Part shown: positions 36,930 through 49,263 of the stretch, piece after piece
Position numbering within the stretch: the stretch's first letter is position 1
Layout: the number at the start of each line of letters is the position of its first letter
Source: Mobula hypostoma
Lineage: Eukaryota
Reading direction: 5' to 3'
DNA: 64,000 nt
Assembly: GCF_963921235.1 (NCBI RefSeq)
Contig: NC_086108.1
Location: 115,384,001-115,448,000, forward strand
Translations under genes and position numbers: made by a program
Notes under the pieces: generated by a model
Database searches by the model: none
What the model was told of the DNA's origin: nothing
Seen by the model: the letters and a program-made list of their open reading frames with translations, nothing else

Positions 36930-38335
36930 AGATGTAGTGTGGGACTGGGCCTTCTGGCTCACTGAAGGCCAGCAACCCATCAATTTAACCCTATCCTAAT
37001 CACAGGACAACCTACAATACCAATTAATCTACTGAGGTTACCTGTGTAAACACGAAGAAATCTGCAGATGCTGGAATTTCAAGCAACACACATCAAAGTT
37101 GCTGGTGAACGCAGCAGGCCAGGCAGCATCTCTAGGAAGAGGTATAGTCGATGTTTTGGGCCGAGACCCTTCGTCAGGACTACCTGAAGGAAGAGCTAGT
37201 AAGAGATTTGAAAGTGGCACGGGGATCCAAAATGATAGGAGAAGACAGGAGGGGGAGGGATGGAGCCAAGAGCTGGACAGGTGATTGGCAAAAGGGATAC
37301 GAGAGGATCATGGGACAGGAGGTCCAGGGAGAAAGAAAAGGGGGAGGGGGGAAACCCAGAAGATGGGCAAGGGGTATAGTGAGAGGGACAGAGGGAGAAA
37401 AAGGAGAGAGAGAAAAAGAATATATATATATATGTAATAAATAAATAACGGATGGGGTACAAGGGGGAGGAGGGGCGTTAACGGAAGTTTGAAAAGTCAG
37501 TGTTCATGCCATCAGGTTGGAGTTTCCCAGACGGAATATAAGGTGTTGTTCCTCCAACCTGAGTGTGGCTTCATCTTTACAGTAGAGGAGGCCGTGGATA
37601 GACATATCAGAATGGGAATGGGACGTGGAATTAAAATGTGTGGCCATTGGGAGATTCCGCTTTCTCTGGCGGATAGAGCATAGGTGTTCAGTGAAACAGT
37701 CCTCCAGTCTGCGTCGGGTCTTGCCAATATATAGAAGGCCACATCGGGAGCACCAGACATGGTATATAACCACAGCCGACTCACAGGTGAAGTGTCGCCT
37801 CACCTGGAAATACTGTCTGGGGCCCTGAATGGTAGTGAGGGAGGAAGTGTAAGGGCATGTGTAGCACTTGTTCTGCTTACAAGGATAAGTGCTGGGAGGG
37901 AGATCGGTGGGGAGGGATGGGGGGGATGAATGGACAAGGGAGTCATGTAGGCAGCGATCCCTGTAGAAAGCGGTGGGGGGGGGGAGGGAAAGATGTGCTT
38001 AGTGGTGGGATCCCGTTGAAGGTGGCGGAAGTTATGGAGAATTATATGTTGGACCTGGAGGCTGGTGGGGTGGTAGGTGAGGACCAGGGGAACCTTATTC
38101 CTAGTGGGGTGGCGGGAGGATGGGGTGAGAGCAGATGTGCATAAAATGGGGGAGATGCGTTTGAGAGCAGAGTTGATGGTGGAGGAAGGGAAGCCCCTTT
38201 CTTTAAGGGAAGCCCCTATGTCTTTGGACTGTGGGAGGAAACCGGAGCACCTGGAGGAAACCCACACACACACAGGGGGAACATATGAACTCCTTACAGA
38301 CGGCGCTGGAATTGGAGTCTGAACGGCAATACTAA
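36930..38335 (-). mobile_element. HE1/V-SINE-like SINE split by a PLE
   Basis: tctttggactgtgggaggaaaccggagcacctggaggaaaccca core at 38220-38265; other half at 36930-37035. Confidence 0.65.
37046..38208 (-). mobile_element. PLE 3' fragment
   Basis: GIY-YIG ORF 37504-37803; tail with decayed hammerhead at 37146-37181. Confidence 0.9.
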
Positions 38336-38587
38336 TGTTATGTTAGCGTTCACTCTACTGTGCTGCCCTACTGATCTAGACTGGCTGCTGAGTCTTAACA
38401 CGGACCAGGCTACTGATTCGAAGCAGCTATGTGGAAGCTCATCTGTGTCCTCAGACCAGCACTGTGTGACTTTCTGTACTGATTCATCCTCCTCCCATTC
38501 CTGTCTCTGTTTGTCTGCAAGGACATCAGTAAGCACCCTTGATGGTTGTGTAGAAATGGTCTGGGTGGCAGGCAGGACAGGAGACAT

Positions 38588-38912
38588 TGTCAAGCCCGCT
38601 CCTGTGGACACTCCCCCGTCTCCACCCAGCCAGCAGGTTTCACCTGCTGCATGTTCCAGACCCATCACCTGCAGCCTATTTAACCCCAGCCCTCATCCAC
38701 AGTCCTTGTTCGCGCATCAACCAGCCGGACTTAACCATTGCTTCTAGCCTTCAGTTGCCCTGCTTAAAGTTTGCCTTGTTGTCTGGTTGCGGTTCTCTTG
38801 TTTCGTGACACATGCCTTGTTATTTTGTGGTCTATTACTAACGTTATCGTTTACCGCTGAATCATCTCTGCCTCTCAGCTTTTGGGTCAAGCCTCCTTGA
38901 CATTGCCTGACA
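38588..38912. mobile_element. Possible solo LTR
   Basis: TGTCA..TGACA ends, internal TATTTAA, interrupts the LINE; no clear TSD. Confidence 0.45.
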
Positions 38913-39549
38913 GAGTGAAGTACTTTGGTAACACTCCTCCAAAGTCGGCCTGGTTGAAGTCACCAGCAACAGCGAGGAGCTCTTCAGGGTGTCCTGTTCC
39001 AGGTTGCACTCTGTTGCAAATTGCAGAAAGTACAAGAATATTTATCCCTAATGAGCCTTGATGAATATCACAATGATCGCGAGTAACGGTGAGAGTACAT
39101 CCGATTCGTTCGCAGTGCTGACACTGAACGGCTTCATTAGATTCCAGCAGTGATCTTCATTCTGATTCACCGAGGGTTCCGCTCTCTAATTTATACAAGA
39201 GAGTCTGAAGGGGCAGAGACTGTTCTCCTGAGCGTTTTATCGATCGCACTGAAATCCATAAACTACATTATCCCCTCATCGACTTCCTGTAATTATTGCA
39301 CCCGGATCATTATTCCTGGCAGAAGACATTTAATGTTTAATAATGATGACCTGATCATTGTCGGCCCTGGTCCTGAATCAGCAGCTGCAAACCAAGAAGG
39401 CACACTTGTGTTTATTCCCCAGGTGAGTGTCAACACTCGTATCAACAGAAGCGTCCTGTCGTATCTCTGTGTGGGTGTTTACCAGAGTAGGGAGAGAGGG
39501 AAGCCGTGCCTCAGTGGTACAGACACTGGGGGGACCATGGCATGCAACA

Positions 39550-41170
39550 CCTCAATGTTACTTGGTAGAGCTGTACAAAATGACAACATGCATTGATCAA
39601 GTGGACAGCCAGATATTTTTTTCCTGGAGCAGAAATGGTTAACATGAAGGGGCATAAGTTCAGTTCTGTTCACCTTATTATAGGAAGGATGTGGAAGCTT
39701 TAGAAGGGGTGCAGAGGAGATTTACCAGGATGCTGCCTGGATTAGAGAGCATGTCTGATAAGATAGACATAGAAACATAGAAAACCTACAGCACAATACA
39801 GGCCTTCAGTCCACAACGCTGTGCCGAACATGTACTTACTTTAGAAACTACCTAGGGTTACCTATCGCCCTCTATTTTCTAAGCCCCATGTGCCTCCATG
39901 TAGGATAAGTTGAGTGAGCGAGGGCTTTTGTCTTTGGGGCGAAAGAGGATGAGAGGTGACTTGACAGAGGTGTACAAAGTGACAAGTGGCGTAGATGGGG
40001 TGCACAGCTGGAAACTTCCCCAGGGTGGAAGTGGCTAATGCAATGGTGTTTAATTTTAAGGTAGTTGGAGGAAAGTATAGAGGGATATCAGAGATAGTTT
40101 TTTTTTACACAGACAGTGGTAAGTTCTTAGAAGGAGTGGTGGTAAAACCAGATACTTTAGGGGAATTTAAGAAACCCTTAAATGTACTGATGAAGGATTA
40201 TCTATTTATTTCCCTCCACAGATTCTGCCTGACCTGCTGAGTTCCTTCAGCAGTTTGTGTGTTGCTCTGGACTTCCAGCTCTGCAGAATCTCTTGTGTTT
40301 AAGAAACACATTGATGATAGAAAAGTGGAGGGCTGTGTAGGTGGGAAGGGTTAGGTTGATGGGCCTATATTGTGCCATAGTGTTCAATGTTCTGTGTTCT
40401 GCTGGTCTCCTTGTAGACAGACCAGTGTGTTGGACTCATCATTTCCCTGGGTTCGGGACATTGTCCTGCCTGGAATGATGGGAAGGCTGGGCTTGTAACC
40501 ACTGAGCTGCAAAAGACTGAGGGGGAGAGTGGATATCGGACCGCTGGAAAATGACGTCAGAGAGGTAATAAAGGGGGACAATAAAGTGGTAGACAAACTG
40601 AATAAGTATTTTGCATCACTAATTTAATTGGGAGAAGTGCACAGACGCAGTAGCTCGTCATCGCACAAGGCCGCTGAGAAGGTTCCAGGATAAAATGGAG
40701 ACACTGCCGAGTGGAGTGGTCATTGAATGAGCAGTTGTCAGAGTAGTAAGGCTTTGGCTCATCGGGGCTTTGGCGAGGACGGGCCTGGGTGAGGTAAAGA
40801 GACAAGCCACTTTCATATTTCTTTTTTCCTCTAACTTAAGATCAGTGGGTATGACTGTGAGGCCAATTTTCTGCTCTGTGTGTCAGATATCTGGGAGACC
40901 TCCAGCCTCCCTGATGGCCACATCTACGCCAAGTGCATCGAGTTACAGCTCCTTACAGACCGAGTTAGGGAACTGGAGCTGCAGCTCAACGACCTTCAGC
41001 TTGTTAGGGAGAGTGGGGATGGAATCGATAGGAGCTACAGACAGGCAGTGACACTGGGGTCACAGGAGGGAGATAAGTGGGTGACTGTCAGGAGAGGGAA
41101 GGGAGAACGTCAGGTAGTGGAGAGCACCCCTGTGGCTGTCCCCCTCAACAATAATACTCCATTTTGAGTA
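39550..41170 (+). mobile_element. Mosaic of CR1 fragments, including 5' UTR and ORF1 start at 40640-41170
   Basis: WETSSLPDGHIYAKCIELQLLTDRVRELE; CR1 3' pieces; PLE tail at 40187-40300. Confidence 0.7.
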
Positions 41171-41234
41171 CTGTACTACCTGGGGGATGCAACAGTGGCC
41201 GTGCAATTGAATGGGTTTGCAGACTCCTGCCAGA

Positions 41235-41615
41235 CAGGCTGCACCTCGCTGAGTCACAGTGGCACTAGAGACCCAATCCACACCTCAGGAGTTGTCTTTG
41301 TGGAGTTTGCATGTTCTACCTGTGACTGTGTGGGTTTTCCTAGGTGCTTTGGTTCCCTCCCAATTTCTATATATCACATCCAAACAGGATAATGGCTAAA
41401 ACAAGTGGAAGGGTTGGAGAGTGTGTGTGGTGAGTTAATTAGCCTCTGTAAATTGTCCCCAGTGTGTTGGGGAGGGGTGGAATCTGAGGCGAGCTGATGG
41501 GAAAACGGGGCAAATGAAATGGGATCAGTGGAGGATTGGTGTCCATGGGTTGTAGAGGATCGTAATGGAGAAGGGCCGAAGGGCCTGTTTCTGTGCGGTG
41601 TTGATCTGTTATGTA
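41235..41615 (+). mobile_element. HE1/V-SINE-like SINE
   Basis: gtggagtttgcatgttct..gtgggttttcc core; CR1-like tail gggccgaagggcctgtttct. Confidence 0.7.
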
Positions 41616-41639
41616 GCCGACTTGAACTCCCCTCCAAAC

Positions 41640-42325
41640 TTTCTCCCCTCCCCCCACACACAGTCCCCACCCCCTCACACTCTCCCCACCCTCTCACACA
41701 CACTCCCCACCCTCTCACACATACAGTTCCCACCCTCATACACACACTCACCACCCTCTCACACACACTCCCCAGCCCTCCCTCACACACACCCTACCTC
41801 CTCACGCACACACTCCTCACCCTCTTGCACACTCCTCACCCTTTCACACATGCATTCTTCCCACCCACTTACACGTATACCCCAACCCCTCTTACACACT
41901 CCCCACCCCCTCACACTCACCACGCTCTCATACACACTCCCCGCCCTCTACACTCCCCACCCCTCCACACTCCACTCTTCCTCTCACCCTCTCTCGCATC
42001 CTCTCACACAAACACTCCCCACCCTCTCACTTGCAGTCTCACCCCCTCACAGATACACCCACCCCCCTCACACACACTCCCCCACCCTCTCATAGACAGT
42101 CCCCATCCCCTCTCACACTCACACTCTCCACCCTCTGACACACATTCGCACACTCACACTCACACACCCCATCACCCCGTCACACACACTCCCCACCCCC
42201 TCTCACACACACTCCTTTTCATGCATTCCACAGCCTCTCACATACACTCTCCAGCCTCCCAAAAATACACTCCCTATGCTCTTACATGCACACCCGCCAC
42301 CCTCTGATACACCCCCTCCCTCACA
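41640..42325. repeat. CA/CT-rich low-complexity tract (continues at 51780-51960 and 53300-53410)
   Basis: Visible directly. Confidence 0.9.
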
Positions 42326-44271
42326 TACAGTGACTAGAAAAGGTATTCCCCCCTCTTGGAACTTTTCATGTTTTGTTTTACAACATTGAATCACAGTGGA
42401 TTTCTTTTGGCATTTTTTGACATTGATCAACAGAAAAAGACTTTTTCATGTCAAAGTGAAAACAGATCTCTACAAAGTGATCTGAATTAATTACAAATAT
42501 AAAAGTCAAAATAATTGATTACATAAGTCTTTACCCCCCCCCCTTTAATATGACACACCAAATCGTCATTGGTTTTGGAAGTCAGATAATTAGTTAAGTG
42601 GAGATCACCTGTGTGCAGTCAAGGTGTTTCAATTGATTGTAGTAAAAATACACCAGTATCTGGAAGGTCCAACTGCTGGTGAGTCAGTATCCCGGTAAAA
42701 ACTACACCATGAAGACAAAGTGACTCCACGATAAGGTTATTGAAAAGCACAAGTCAGGAGATGGATACAAGAGAATTTCCAAGTCACTGGATATTCCTTG
42801 GAGTACAGTTAATTCAATCATCAAGAAATGGAAAGAATATGGCACAGCTGTAAATCTGCCTAGAGGCCGTCCTCAAAAACTGAGTGACTGTGCAAGAAGG
42901 GGACTAGTGAGGGAGGCCACCAAGAGACCTATGACAACGCCGGAGGAGTTAGAAGCTTCAGTGGCTGAGATGGGAGAGACTGCACATACAACAACTGTTC
43001 CCAGGTGTCTCACCAGTTGTAGTTTATGGGAGAGTGGCAAAGAGAAAGTCACTGTCGAAATAAACTTAAAAGAAATCTCAGCTAGAGTTTGCCAGAAGGC
43101 AGGTGGAGAACTCTAAAGACAGCTGAAAGAAGGTCTTATGATCTGATAAAACCAAATTTGAGCTTCTTGGCCATCACACTAAATGCTGAACATTGCACAT
43201 CATCAAAAACACACCATCTCTACCGTGAAGCATGGTGACAACAAAATACAGGGAGTTAGGAGGGAAGCCGAGAAGCAGGACCTCAAAGGTAGTCATCTCA
43301 GGATTGCACTCTGTGCCACGCGACAGCGAGGACAAGAATAGAATGAGCTGGCAGATAAATACTTGGCTGAGGAATTGGAGCAGGGGCAGGGATTCAGATT
43401 TCTGGATAATTGGGACCTCTTTTGGGGCCGGTGGGACTTGTACAAAAGGGATGGGTTGCTCTTGAATCTGAGGGGGACCAACACTCTTGTGGGCAGGTTT
43501 ACTAGAGCTGTTGGGAGTGGTTTAAACTGATATGACAAGGGAACGGGAACCAGTATGATAGAGCTGAGGATGAGCCAGCAGGTGTAACATGAATGTGAGG
43601 AAGGACAAGCCAATGATTGGGTACAAATGCAGACAGAGCAAAGAGTTAAATTGTACCACAGAGGCAAAATTCAAAAGGGTGAAGAATGCAGGACTGAAGG
43701 TGCTGTATTTAAATGCACTTGGCATTTGGAATAATGTGGATGAACTCGTTTTGCAATTAGAGATTGGTCAGTATGACGTTGTGGGCATCACTGAGCCGTG
43801 GCTGAAAGAAGGCCAGAGTTGGGAGCTTAATATCAAAGGATATACTTTGTATCGGAAGGACAGGCAGGAAGGCACAGGCGGTGGTGTGGCTCTGTCGGTA
43901 AGAGATGGAATCATATCTTTAGAAAGAGGTGACATAGGGTCAGAGAATGGTGAATCTTTGTGGCTGGAGTTAAGAAACTGCAAGGGTGAAAAAAACATTG
44001 TGGGAATCATATATAGGCCTACAGATAGTAGCCAAGATGTGGGGCTGAGATTGCAAAGGGTGCTGGAAAAGGCATGTAATAAAGGTAATGACACAATTGT
44101 AATGGGGACTTCAAATTGCAAAGGGATTGGGAAAATCAAGTTGGTGTCAGATTGCAAGAGAGACAATCTGTTGAATGCCTATGAGATGGCTTTTTAGAGC
44201 AACTTGTGCTTGAGCCTACTAGAGGAAAGGCTATTTTAGATTGGGTGTTGTGTAATAACTCAGATTATATT

Positions 44272-47200
44272 CTGAGCGGCGGCGGCGGGCGGAGGGAGCG
44301 AGGCCCGAGGCCTGGAGCTGGCCTGCCGCTCGTCGCGACCGCCGCCGCCCGCCCCCGCCACCTGGTACGGTCAGCGCGGCGGCGAGCTGCGAGCCCACTT
44401 CCATAGACCAGTAACCAAGGTGTTCATCCCAACGGCGGAGCAGGCGGAAGAGGAGACATCTCCCAACGGCTGTAAAGGCGGATGAGGATGTCCAACAATG
44501 GGTAGGGAGGCTTGCGAGCACGCCGCAAGAACCGCCGTAGACCCACAACACTCAGGGTTTATCTACCTAGCGTGTGAAGCCTGGATTCGGCGGACTGGGC
44601 GGAAGAAACGATCACGGGTTCAACGGGCGGAAAGGCGATTCTCAGCAATGCGTCGTGGAGCGCTAAGAGGGCACAGTGAGACACACTGAACACTGCATCC
44701 TGACCTATCTCCAGCCGTCTCGACTATGTCTTGCCACTGGGTCCAGAGAGGCCGGGACAAGAGAGTGAGGCTGATGACCTGTGCAACTCTCCCTCACTTT
44801 AATCCAAGTCAAGCGCAGGTCATGACTTCAAACCCAACACGCAACCTAAAGTCCTGTGGCGACGGGGGAGTGGCGAAGCAGCAGGTACGGATACACTGGA
44901 AGCTGTAGTCACAAACCTTCACACAGGCGGCCCAGGGCATAGGGTCACTCTCTACTGGACCGAAGCAGCAGTTGAGTTCGGCAGCCCCCTGGGTGTCTGA
45001 GCAGCCCTCTTTGGGATCGCTCTGCTCACCTCCATGGAGGAAGGGGCTGGAAAAGGTGCCTCAAACATAGTCTGCTTCACTTCACTCTGGCCAGCTTACC
45101 GCGGCTGGTGGGGATCCCTCACAGCAGTCGACCTACAACAGTGAAGAAGAAAGTGATGGTACTCAACCTTGGCACATGGAACGTGAGAACTCTGCGAGAT
45201 AACATCAAGGCAGACAGACCAGAGAGAAGAACTGCACTAGTTGCAAAAGAGCTAGCTCGCTACAACGTGGACATAGCAGCTCTCAGTGAAACACGCCTAG
45301 CAGACAAGGGCCAGCTGACAGAACGTAGTGGTGGATACACGTTCTTCTGGAGCGGTTGCAGCAGCGCTGAACGACGAGAAGCAGGCGTGGGATTTGCCAT
45401 CAATTCTAACCTCGTCCGTAAACTCACCAAGCACCCAGAGAGCATCAACGACCGCCTGATGACACTTCAGCTCCCACTTGCAAACAAGAAGAGTGCTACG
45501 CTGATTAGTGCCTACGCTCCCACCATGACCAACCCAGATGACGTTAAAGACAAGTTCTATGAAGAACTCGACGCCCTCATCTCAGCAATCCCACAGTCAG
45601 GGAAGCTCATCGTTCTCGGGGACTTCAATGCCAGAGTAGGGACAGACTACCAAACCTGGGAAGGGATCATTGGAAGACACGGCACTGGCAACTGTAACAG
45701 CAACGGCCTTCTGCTCCTCAAGACATGTGCCACACACGACCTTGTCATCACCAACACCCTGTTCCGCTTACCCACCCGTAAGAAGGCCCCATGGATGCAC
45801 CCACGCTCGAAGCACTGACATCTGATTGACTACATCATCACCAGGAAGAGGGACAGGATGGATGTCAGAATGACGAGAGCCATGTGTGGTGCCGACTGCT
45901 GGACCGACCACCGCCTCATTGTGTCCAAGTTCAGGCTTCGCATTCTGCCCATGAGAAGACCCCAAGGGCAGAAGACTGCAAAGAGGCTGAAGGTCTCCAA
46001 GCTGAAAAGCAGTAGGGTTGCAGAAGAATTCGTCGATGACCTTGAAGGCAGACTGCCAGACACACCACAGGAAGACGGGACCAGCGTTGAGAAACAGTGG
46101 ACGGCCTTCAGAGACGCTGTCTACACTACCGCCCTCGAACATCTCGGACCAGCAACCCGAAGAAACCAAGACTGGTTCGATGAGAATGATGAAGAAATAC
46201 AGGCACTACTAACGGAGAAACATCAACATTACAGAGCGCATCAGAACGACCCCACGTCGCTAGCCAAGAAAGATGCCTTTACCAACGCAAGAAGAAAGAT
46301 GCAGAAAAAACTTCGCGAGATGCAGGACAGCTGGTTCAGCAAGGAGGCCGATGAAATCCAGGGCTATGCAGACAGCCACGACATAAAGCGCTTCTACGAT
46401 GCGCTTAAGGCTGTATACGGACCCCAGTCCTCCGGCTCCTCACCCCTCCTCAACGCAGATGAGACGCAGCTGCTGACAGAGAAGAAGCAGATTCTGGATC
46501 AGTGGGCTGAGCACTTTAACAACGTCCTTAACTGCCCTGCCGACATCAACGACGAGGCCATTGCCCGCCTGCCCCAGGTAGAGATCAACAAGAACCTCGA
46601 CACCCTCCCCACAGTAGATGAAGTCAGGAAGGCAGTGAAGCAACTCTCCTGTGGCAAAGCGCCAGGACCCGATGCAATCCCTGCTGAGGTATACAAAGCA
46701 GGAGGCCCTGTCGTGATGCAAAAGCTGACTGTTCTCTTCCAGTCCATGTGGAAAAAGGGACAGGTCCCGCAACAGCTGAAAGATGCCAGCATAGTCCACA
46801 TCTACAAGAGGAAAGGCAACGGCCAGTCTTGCGACAACCACCGAGGCATCTCCCTCTTGTCCATTGCGGGGAAGATTCTGGCCCGTGTCCTGCTCAACCG
46901 CCTTCTCCAACATCTTGAGCAAGGTCTGCTCCCAGAAAGCCAGTGCGGCTTCCGTGCTGAACGTGGGACCGCGGACATGATCTTTGCTGCGCGCCAACTC
47001 CAGGAAAAATGCCAGGAGCAACACAGGGACCTCTTCGTGACCTTTGTCGATTTAACCAAGGCTTTCGATACGGTCAGCAGAGAAGGCTTGTGGAAGATCA
47101 TGGAGAAGTTTGGCTGCCCCAACAAGTTCATCACAATCGTCCGGCAGTTCCACGACGGTATGATGGTGAAAGTTCTGGATGACGGTGACGAGTCGGAGGC

Positions 47201-48410
47201 CTTCCCAGTGACAAATGGTGTCAAACAAGGCTACGTTCTTGCCCCGACTCCGTTCAGTATGGTATTCTCTGCCATGCTGACAGATGCCTTCCGTAACTAC
47301 GAAGAAGGAATCCACGTCAGGTACAGGACTGACGGCAGGTTGTTCAACCTTAGGCGCCTGCAGGCAGTTACAAGGGTGCAAGAGACTGTCATCAGAGACT
47401 TCTTGTTTGCTGATGACTGCGCACTCAACGCCAGCACAGAGCAGGAGATGCAGCGTGAAATGGACTGCTTCTCACAAGCCTGCGACAACTTCGGTCTCAC
47501 TATCAGCACCAAAAAGACCGAAGTTATGTACCAGCCTGCCCCAGGAAAGCCATACCAGGAGTGCGCATCACGGTGAAGGGCCAGAAGTTCCAGGCCGTCG
47601 ACAACTTCACCTACCTGGGCAGCATACTCTCTCATGCAGTGAACATAGACGCTGAGGTCAACAACAGGATTGCCAAAGCCAGCGCCGCCTTTGGGAGACT
47701 CCCTGAGAACGTCTGGGAGCGGAGAGAACTCAGCCTTACCACCAAGCTGAAGGTCTACTGTGCAGTGGTCCTTACCACCCTCCTTTACGCCAGCGAGACC
47801 TGGACTGTCTACAGCAGACACGCCAAACAGCTCAACCATCTTCACCTGAGCTGTCTCCGCAGACTCCTCCACATCAGGTGGCAGGACAAAGTCCCCGACA
47901 CGGAAATCCTGGAATGAGCTGGGCTCTGCAGCGTCTACACCCTCCTGCTGAAAGCCCAAGCCAGGTGGGCTGGACATGTGGTCAGAATGCCAGACAGCCG
48001 ATTGCCTAAGCAGCTGCTGTACGGAGAACTGTGTCAGGGCAAGCGCTCAGTCAGGGGGCAGAAGAAACGTTACAAAGACTGCCTGAAAGCGTCCCTCAAA
48101 GGCCTGGGTGTCGACATTAACACGTGGGAGACGCTTGCCCTCGACCGTCCAGCTTGGCGCAGCAAGATCACCACAGGAGCCCGTGCAGCTGAAGTCAGGC
48201 GCATCATCGAGGCGCAACGAAAGCGTGCTGTGCGCAAGGCCCGAGCAGCATCCACTGCCACGACAGCACCCACCCACTTGTGTCCCACATGTGGGCGAGC
48301 CTTCAGGGCCCGGATTGGCCTCATCAATCACCTCCAGACCCACACCAATCTCCCATTTGACTTTGAAGTCATGGTCATCTTCGACTACGAAGGACGAACA
48401 ACAACACAAC
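44272..48410 (+). mobile_element. Near full-length RTE/BovB-like LINE
   Basis: GTWNVRTL APE, QCGFR/FVDLTKAFD/LFADD RT, CPTC..H..H zinc finger, (CAA)n tail; stops at 45816 and 47915, frameshift near 47560. Confidence 0.93.
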
Positions 48411-48825
48411 ATTAGTCAGTTTAACATAAGGAACCCTTAGGAGGTAGTGATCATAATATAATTGAATTCATACGGCAATTTTTGGAAGGAGAAGCATAAC
48501 TCATATCGGAACGGAATAAAGGGAACTCAGTATCACAACGGAATAAAGGGAATTACAGAGGCATGAGAGAGAGCTTTCCCGGGTGGATTGGAGGAGGATA
48601 CTGGCAGGGATGATGGCAGAGCAGAGATGGCTGTATTTTCTGGGAATAATTCACAAGGTATAGAATAGATATGTCCCACAGAAGAAGTTGTTCTCAAATG
48701 GTTGGGGTAGGCAACCATGGATGACAAGGTAGGTTATGGACTGTATAAAAGCCAAGGAAAGGGCATATAAGGTAGCAAAAGTGAGTGGGAAGTTGGATGA
48801 TTGGGAAGCATTTAAAATCCAGCAG

Positions 48826-49263
48826 TTCAATTGAATTGACTTTATTTCTTACATCCTTCATATACACGAGGAGAGAAAATTTTTACATTATCTCTCCGTC
48901 TAGATGTGAAATGTGCAATCATAATAATTTATAATAATTTGTAATAAATGGAACAGTCAATGTAACATAGAAATACACTCAAATCAGCGTGAGTTCATCA
49001 GTCTGATGGCCTGGTGGAAGAAGCTGTCCCGGAGCCTGTTGGTCCTGGCTTTTATGCTGCGGTACCATTTCCCAGATGGTAGCAGCTGGAATGAACTGTG
49101 GTTGGGGTGACTTGGGTTCCCAATGACCCTTTTCTCACACCTGTATTTGTAAATGTCCTGAATCATGGGAAGTTCGCAACTACAGATGCGCTGGACTGTC
49201 CGCACCACTCTCTGCAGAGTCCTGCGATTAAGCGAGGTACAGATCCCATACCAGGCAGTGATG
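48826..49263 (-). mobile_element. Rex1/Babar-like LINE 3' stub inside CR1
   Basis: CITAWYG..LQRVVR..LLPSGK.YRSIKARTNRLRDSFFHQAIR. Confidence 0.85.

Larger units (their letters stand above)
35965..39005 (-). mobile_element. Decayed Rex1/Babar-like LINE (endonuclease to RT) with nested SINE, PLE and LTR-like insert
   Basis: VALTSNISKCFERLV..LFIDY (36063-36407); AGDFNQA near 38950-38975. Confidence 0.7.

Noticed and set aside
44770..44840. CTGATGA as a hammerhead in the RTE UTR
   Set aside because: No GAAA box after a stem II
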